Below are positions 30,054 to 32,000 of a stretch of DNA of 32,000 nt, in pieces (the first letter of the stretch is position 1; every line of letters starts with the position of its first letter). The notes below the pieces were generated by a model. That model was given only the letters and a program-made list of their open reading frames with translations, made no database searches and had not been told where the DNA came from. The stretch comes from Methanothermus fervidus DSM 2088 (lineage in GTDB: Archaea; Methanobacteriota; Methanobacteria; DSM-2088; Methanothermaceae). Made by a program: the position numbers and the translations under genes. The stretch covers positions 510,001 through 542,000 of the forward strand of contig CP002278.1 in NCBI GenBank assembly GCA_000166095.1. Reading direction: 5' to 3'.

Positions 30054-30917
30054 TCAGTGTTTTTTATGTATCTTTTGTAGTTGCATTATAATCAAGTCTA
30101 CATTTTTAATGAAGGAATCTTTCCATGTACTTGTGCCTTCCATTCCTCCAGGATAGTTACTCAATGTTACCATAGGGATATTTAATTCTTTAGATATGGC
30201 GTTAGCTGCTGCTCTGTCAGGTGATTGTAGATTGTCTATCACTAATTCAGCTCCTTCTTGACGTCCTCTTTCAATTAATTGTTTTACTTTTCCCATAGGT
30301 ATATCTGGAGGATAAACTGCCACTATTTCAAATCCAGCCCATTTAGCAAATCCTGTTTGGTATAATGCTACAATAACTTTTGTCTTATTGGCACCATATT
30401 GATTTAATCTTTTTTTCTGTTCTGCTGCTATTTTTTTAGTTTCCAATTTTAAAGCTTCAGCTCTTTGTTTATAATAATTGGCATTTTTAGGATCTATTTT
30501 AATAAGGGCATTAGTAACATTATCTATACCAACAATACGCATTGGTGGTGTCATAAATGTTGCATTCATCATTCCAACTGTAACAATTGTAACATTAGTA
30601 TTTCCTGATGATTTTACTAATTTATCACTAAATTTTTGACTATCATAATCATGTCTTAAAAACAACTTGGCTTTTTTTAAAGTTTCCATTGTTTCTGGTT
30701 TAATATCAAAATGTCCAGGACATTGGGCAGGAGGAACAATATTTTGAACTTCTATTTTTTCTCCACCCACTGCTTTAGCTATGTCAGCTATGTCACTACT
30801 TGTTGTAACTACATATATTTTATTTGATTCGGGTTGTATTCCAAACTCATAGGCTATAATACCTCCTGCTATAACAAGCAGAAGAACAATACATCCGATT
30901 ATCCATTTTCTTTCCAT
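30054..30917 (-). CDS. TroA/ZnuA-like solute-binding protein with atypical ligand positions
   Basis: N-terminal TM/signal anchor, VVTTSSDIADIAKAVGGEKIEVQNIVPPAQCPGHFDIKPETMETLKKAKLFLR; gene order with ATPase and permeases. Confidence 0.8.
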   Translation of the reverse strand: MERKWIIGCIVLLLVIAGGIIAYEFGIQPESNKIYVVTTSSDIADIAKAVGGEKIEVQNIVPPAQCPGHFDIKPETMETLKKAKLFLRHDYDSQKFSDKLVKSSGNTNVTIVTVGMMNATFMTPPMRIVGIDNVTNALIKIDPKNANYYKQRAEALKLETKKIAAEQKKRLNQYGANKTKVIVALYQTGFAKWAGFEIVAVYPPDIPMGKVKQLIERGRQEGAELVIDNLQSPDRAAANAISKELNIPMVTLSNYPGGMEGTSTWKDSFIKNVDLIIMQLQKIHKKH

Positions 30918-31014
30918 CTCAATGTCACCTCCAAATTTATCTTTATCATAATTTTATTAATAAGTTTATTATTATTTAATAAATTTTAATGTTTTAAAAA
31001 TAAAAATTTATAAC

Positions 31015-31683
31015 TCAAATTTTAATAGTTGTTCCAACTCCTGCTTTTATACATTCAAATTTTTTATCTAAAATCTTTTTATCTAATTCATCTGAGCAAT
31101 GACAAATAACAATTTTTTTAACACCAATATCATGTAAAAATTTAGCTGCTTTCTCTGTTTCTAATGGACTATGAAGACAAAAACCACAAAATGCACAATT
31201 AATATCTTTTTTCATTGTCTCATAAGCTTTTTTTATAATTTTCAATGCTCTTAAAGGTGTCCTAGAAACAAAAATAGTCATGTTTTCATCTTCTGTAAAT
31301 ATGAGAGCCTGACTATTATCATAGTTTATAATAAATATGCCTTCATAGATCTTCTGGCAACCTTCGATTACATTATATGAATTACTCTGTAGTGCACTAT
31401 ATCTTCCTGGAATATAAACATTGGGGCTTGGATTGGTCTTTAATAAACCACGCAGGCCTCCAATATGGTCACCATGTGTATGGGAGATAACTATCGAATG
31501 AATATCCTCCACATTTAAACCTAATTGATTAATATTATTAATAAGTATTTTAGAATCAGCGCCAGTGTCAAATAATATAGATCTTCCATGACTTCTAATA
31601 AAAACCGAGAATCCCCAAGAAGCTATTAAACCTTTTTCCTCTTTACCAATATTGTTGTCATATACTACCTTTGCATTTATCAT
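31015..31683 (-). CDS. MBL-fold metallo-hydrolase
   Basis: SILFDTGADSKILINNINQLGLN, VISHTHGDHIGGL; extra Cys motif CAFCGFC. Confidence 0.85.
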   Translation of the reverse strand: MINAKVVYDNNIGKEEKGLIASWGFSVFIRSHGRSILFDTGADSKILINNINQLGLNVEDIHSIVISHTHGDHIGGLRGLLKTNPSPNVYIPGRYSALQSNSYNVIEGCQKIYEGIFIINYDNSQALIFTEDENMTIFVSRTPLRALKIIKKAYETMKKDINCAFCGFCLHSPLETEKAAKFLHDIGVKKIVICHCSDELDKKILDKKFECIKAGVGTTIKI

Positions 31684-32000
31684 TTTATCCCCTTTTTAAT
31701 GAAACTTTCCCACTCATTTATTTCTTGTATAAGCCTTTCTAAAATTTTCTCTACACAATTAAACTTCATATTTTTTACATAATATTCCTCTAGTTTACGA
31801 TGGTATTTATAAGCTCTTCTAAAGTTCTTTATAGCATATTCAATAAGCTCTTCCATCTTTTTTTCTTCTGGCATCTGTAGAGGACCATTATTGATATTAT
31901 AAACTTCTTCACATTTTTTATCAGGAATATCAGTATTGGATATAATTGCTAAATTTAAATCTGGGAAAATTAAATGTTCTATGTTGTAAGGATCGAGAGG
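31680..32000 (-). CDS. C-terminal part of a larger protein running off the window (tentatively the PRK06851-type P-loop ATPase family)
   Basis: The frame of the track ORF (MPEEKKMEEL...) stays open for all 42 codons to the window edge: PLDPYNIEHLIFPDLNLAIISNTDIPDKKCEEVYNINNGPLQ-MPEEKK.... Confidence 0.55.
   Translation of the reverse strand, partial: PLDPYNIEHLIFPDLNLAIISNTDIPDKKCEEVYNINNGPLQMPEEKKMEELIEYAIKNFRRAYKYHRKLEEYYVKNMKFNCVEKILERLIQEINEWESFIKKGIK

Noticed and set aside
30953-30983. TTTATTAA-N15-TTAATAAA upstream of the solute-binding protein gene
   Set aside because: Pure A/T arms in an AT-rich leader make chance occurrence likely. The N15 spacing matches the CobN operator candidate but the arm sequence does not, so it is not reported as an operator.
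1-32000. CRISPR arrays, rRNA, tRNA or a complete defence island
   Set aside because: No regularly spaced repeats, GC-rich RNA-like segments or recognised defence gene clusters were seen apart from HerA/NurA, which are normally housekeeping genes in archaea.

Overview
AT-rich archaeal chromosomal segment. Formylmethanofuran:tetrahydromethanopterin formyltransferase (Ftr), HerA/NurA, Pth2, mannosyl-3-phosphoglycerate synthase and TATA-type promoters point to a methanogen-like, C1-metabolising euryarchaeon. Most genes belong to recognisable families: MoxR ATPase (edge), class-III aminotransferase, M48 protease plus K+ channel pair, ftr, flippase-like membrane protein, phosphoesterase, a 1726-aa secreted/membrane-anchored CobN-like protein, acylphosphatase, herA-nurA, a mannosylglycerate-type cluster (mpgS-mpgP-GH38-phosphohexomutase), a four-gene membrane/coiled-coil/OB-fold/GT-C cluster, pth2, a metal-type ABC transporter operon, an MBL-fold protein and an edge-truncated ORF. 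Main points for a second look: (i) three divergent ~130-aa repeats at the C-terminus of the K+ channel; (ii) the secreted, membrane-anchored CobN-like protein with a CCDCSC motif and a 7-15-7 palindrome abutting its TATA box; (iii) a metal-type solute-binding protein that lacks most of the usual His ligands; (iv) a likely single-base frameshift in one permease gene, plus a 71-nt perfect identity between the two otherwise diverged permease genes; (v) a decayed TnpB (IS200/IS605-type) remnant; (vi) a GH38 gene embedded in the mannosylglycerate cluster; (vii) a conserved-looking three-protein TM/coiled-coil/OB-fold set; (viii) an unlisted 28-aa membrane microprotein with a strong Shine-Dalgarno. 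No CRISPR array, rRNA or tRNA was recognised. All family calls come from reading motifs by eye; no database search was run.
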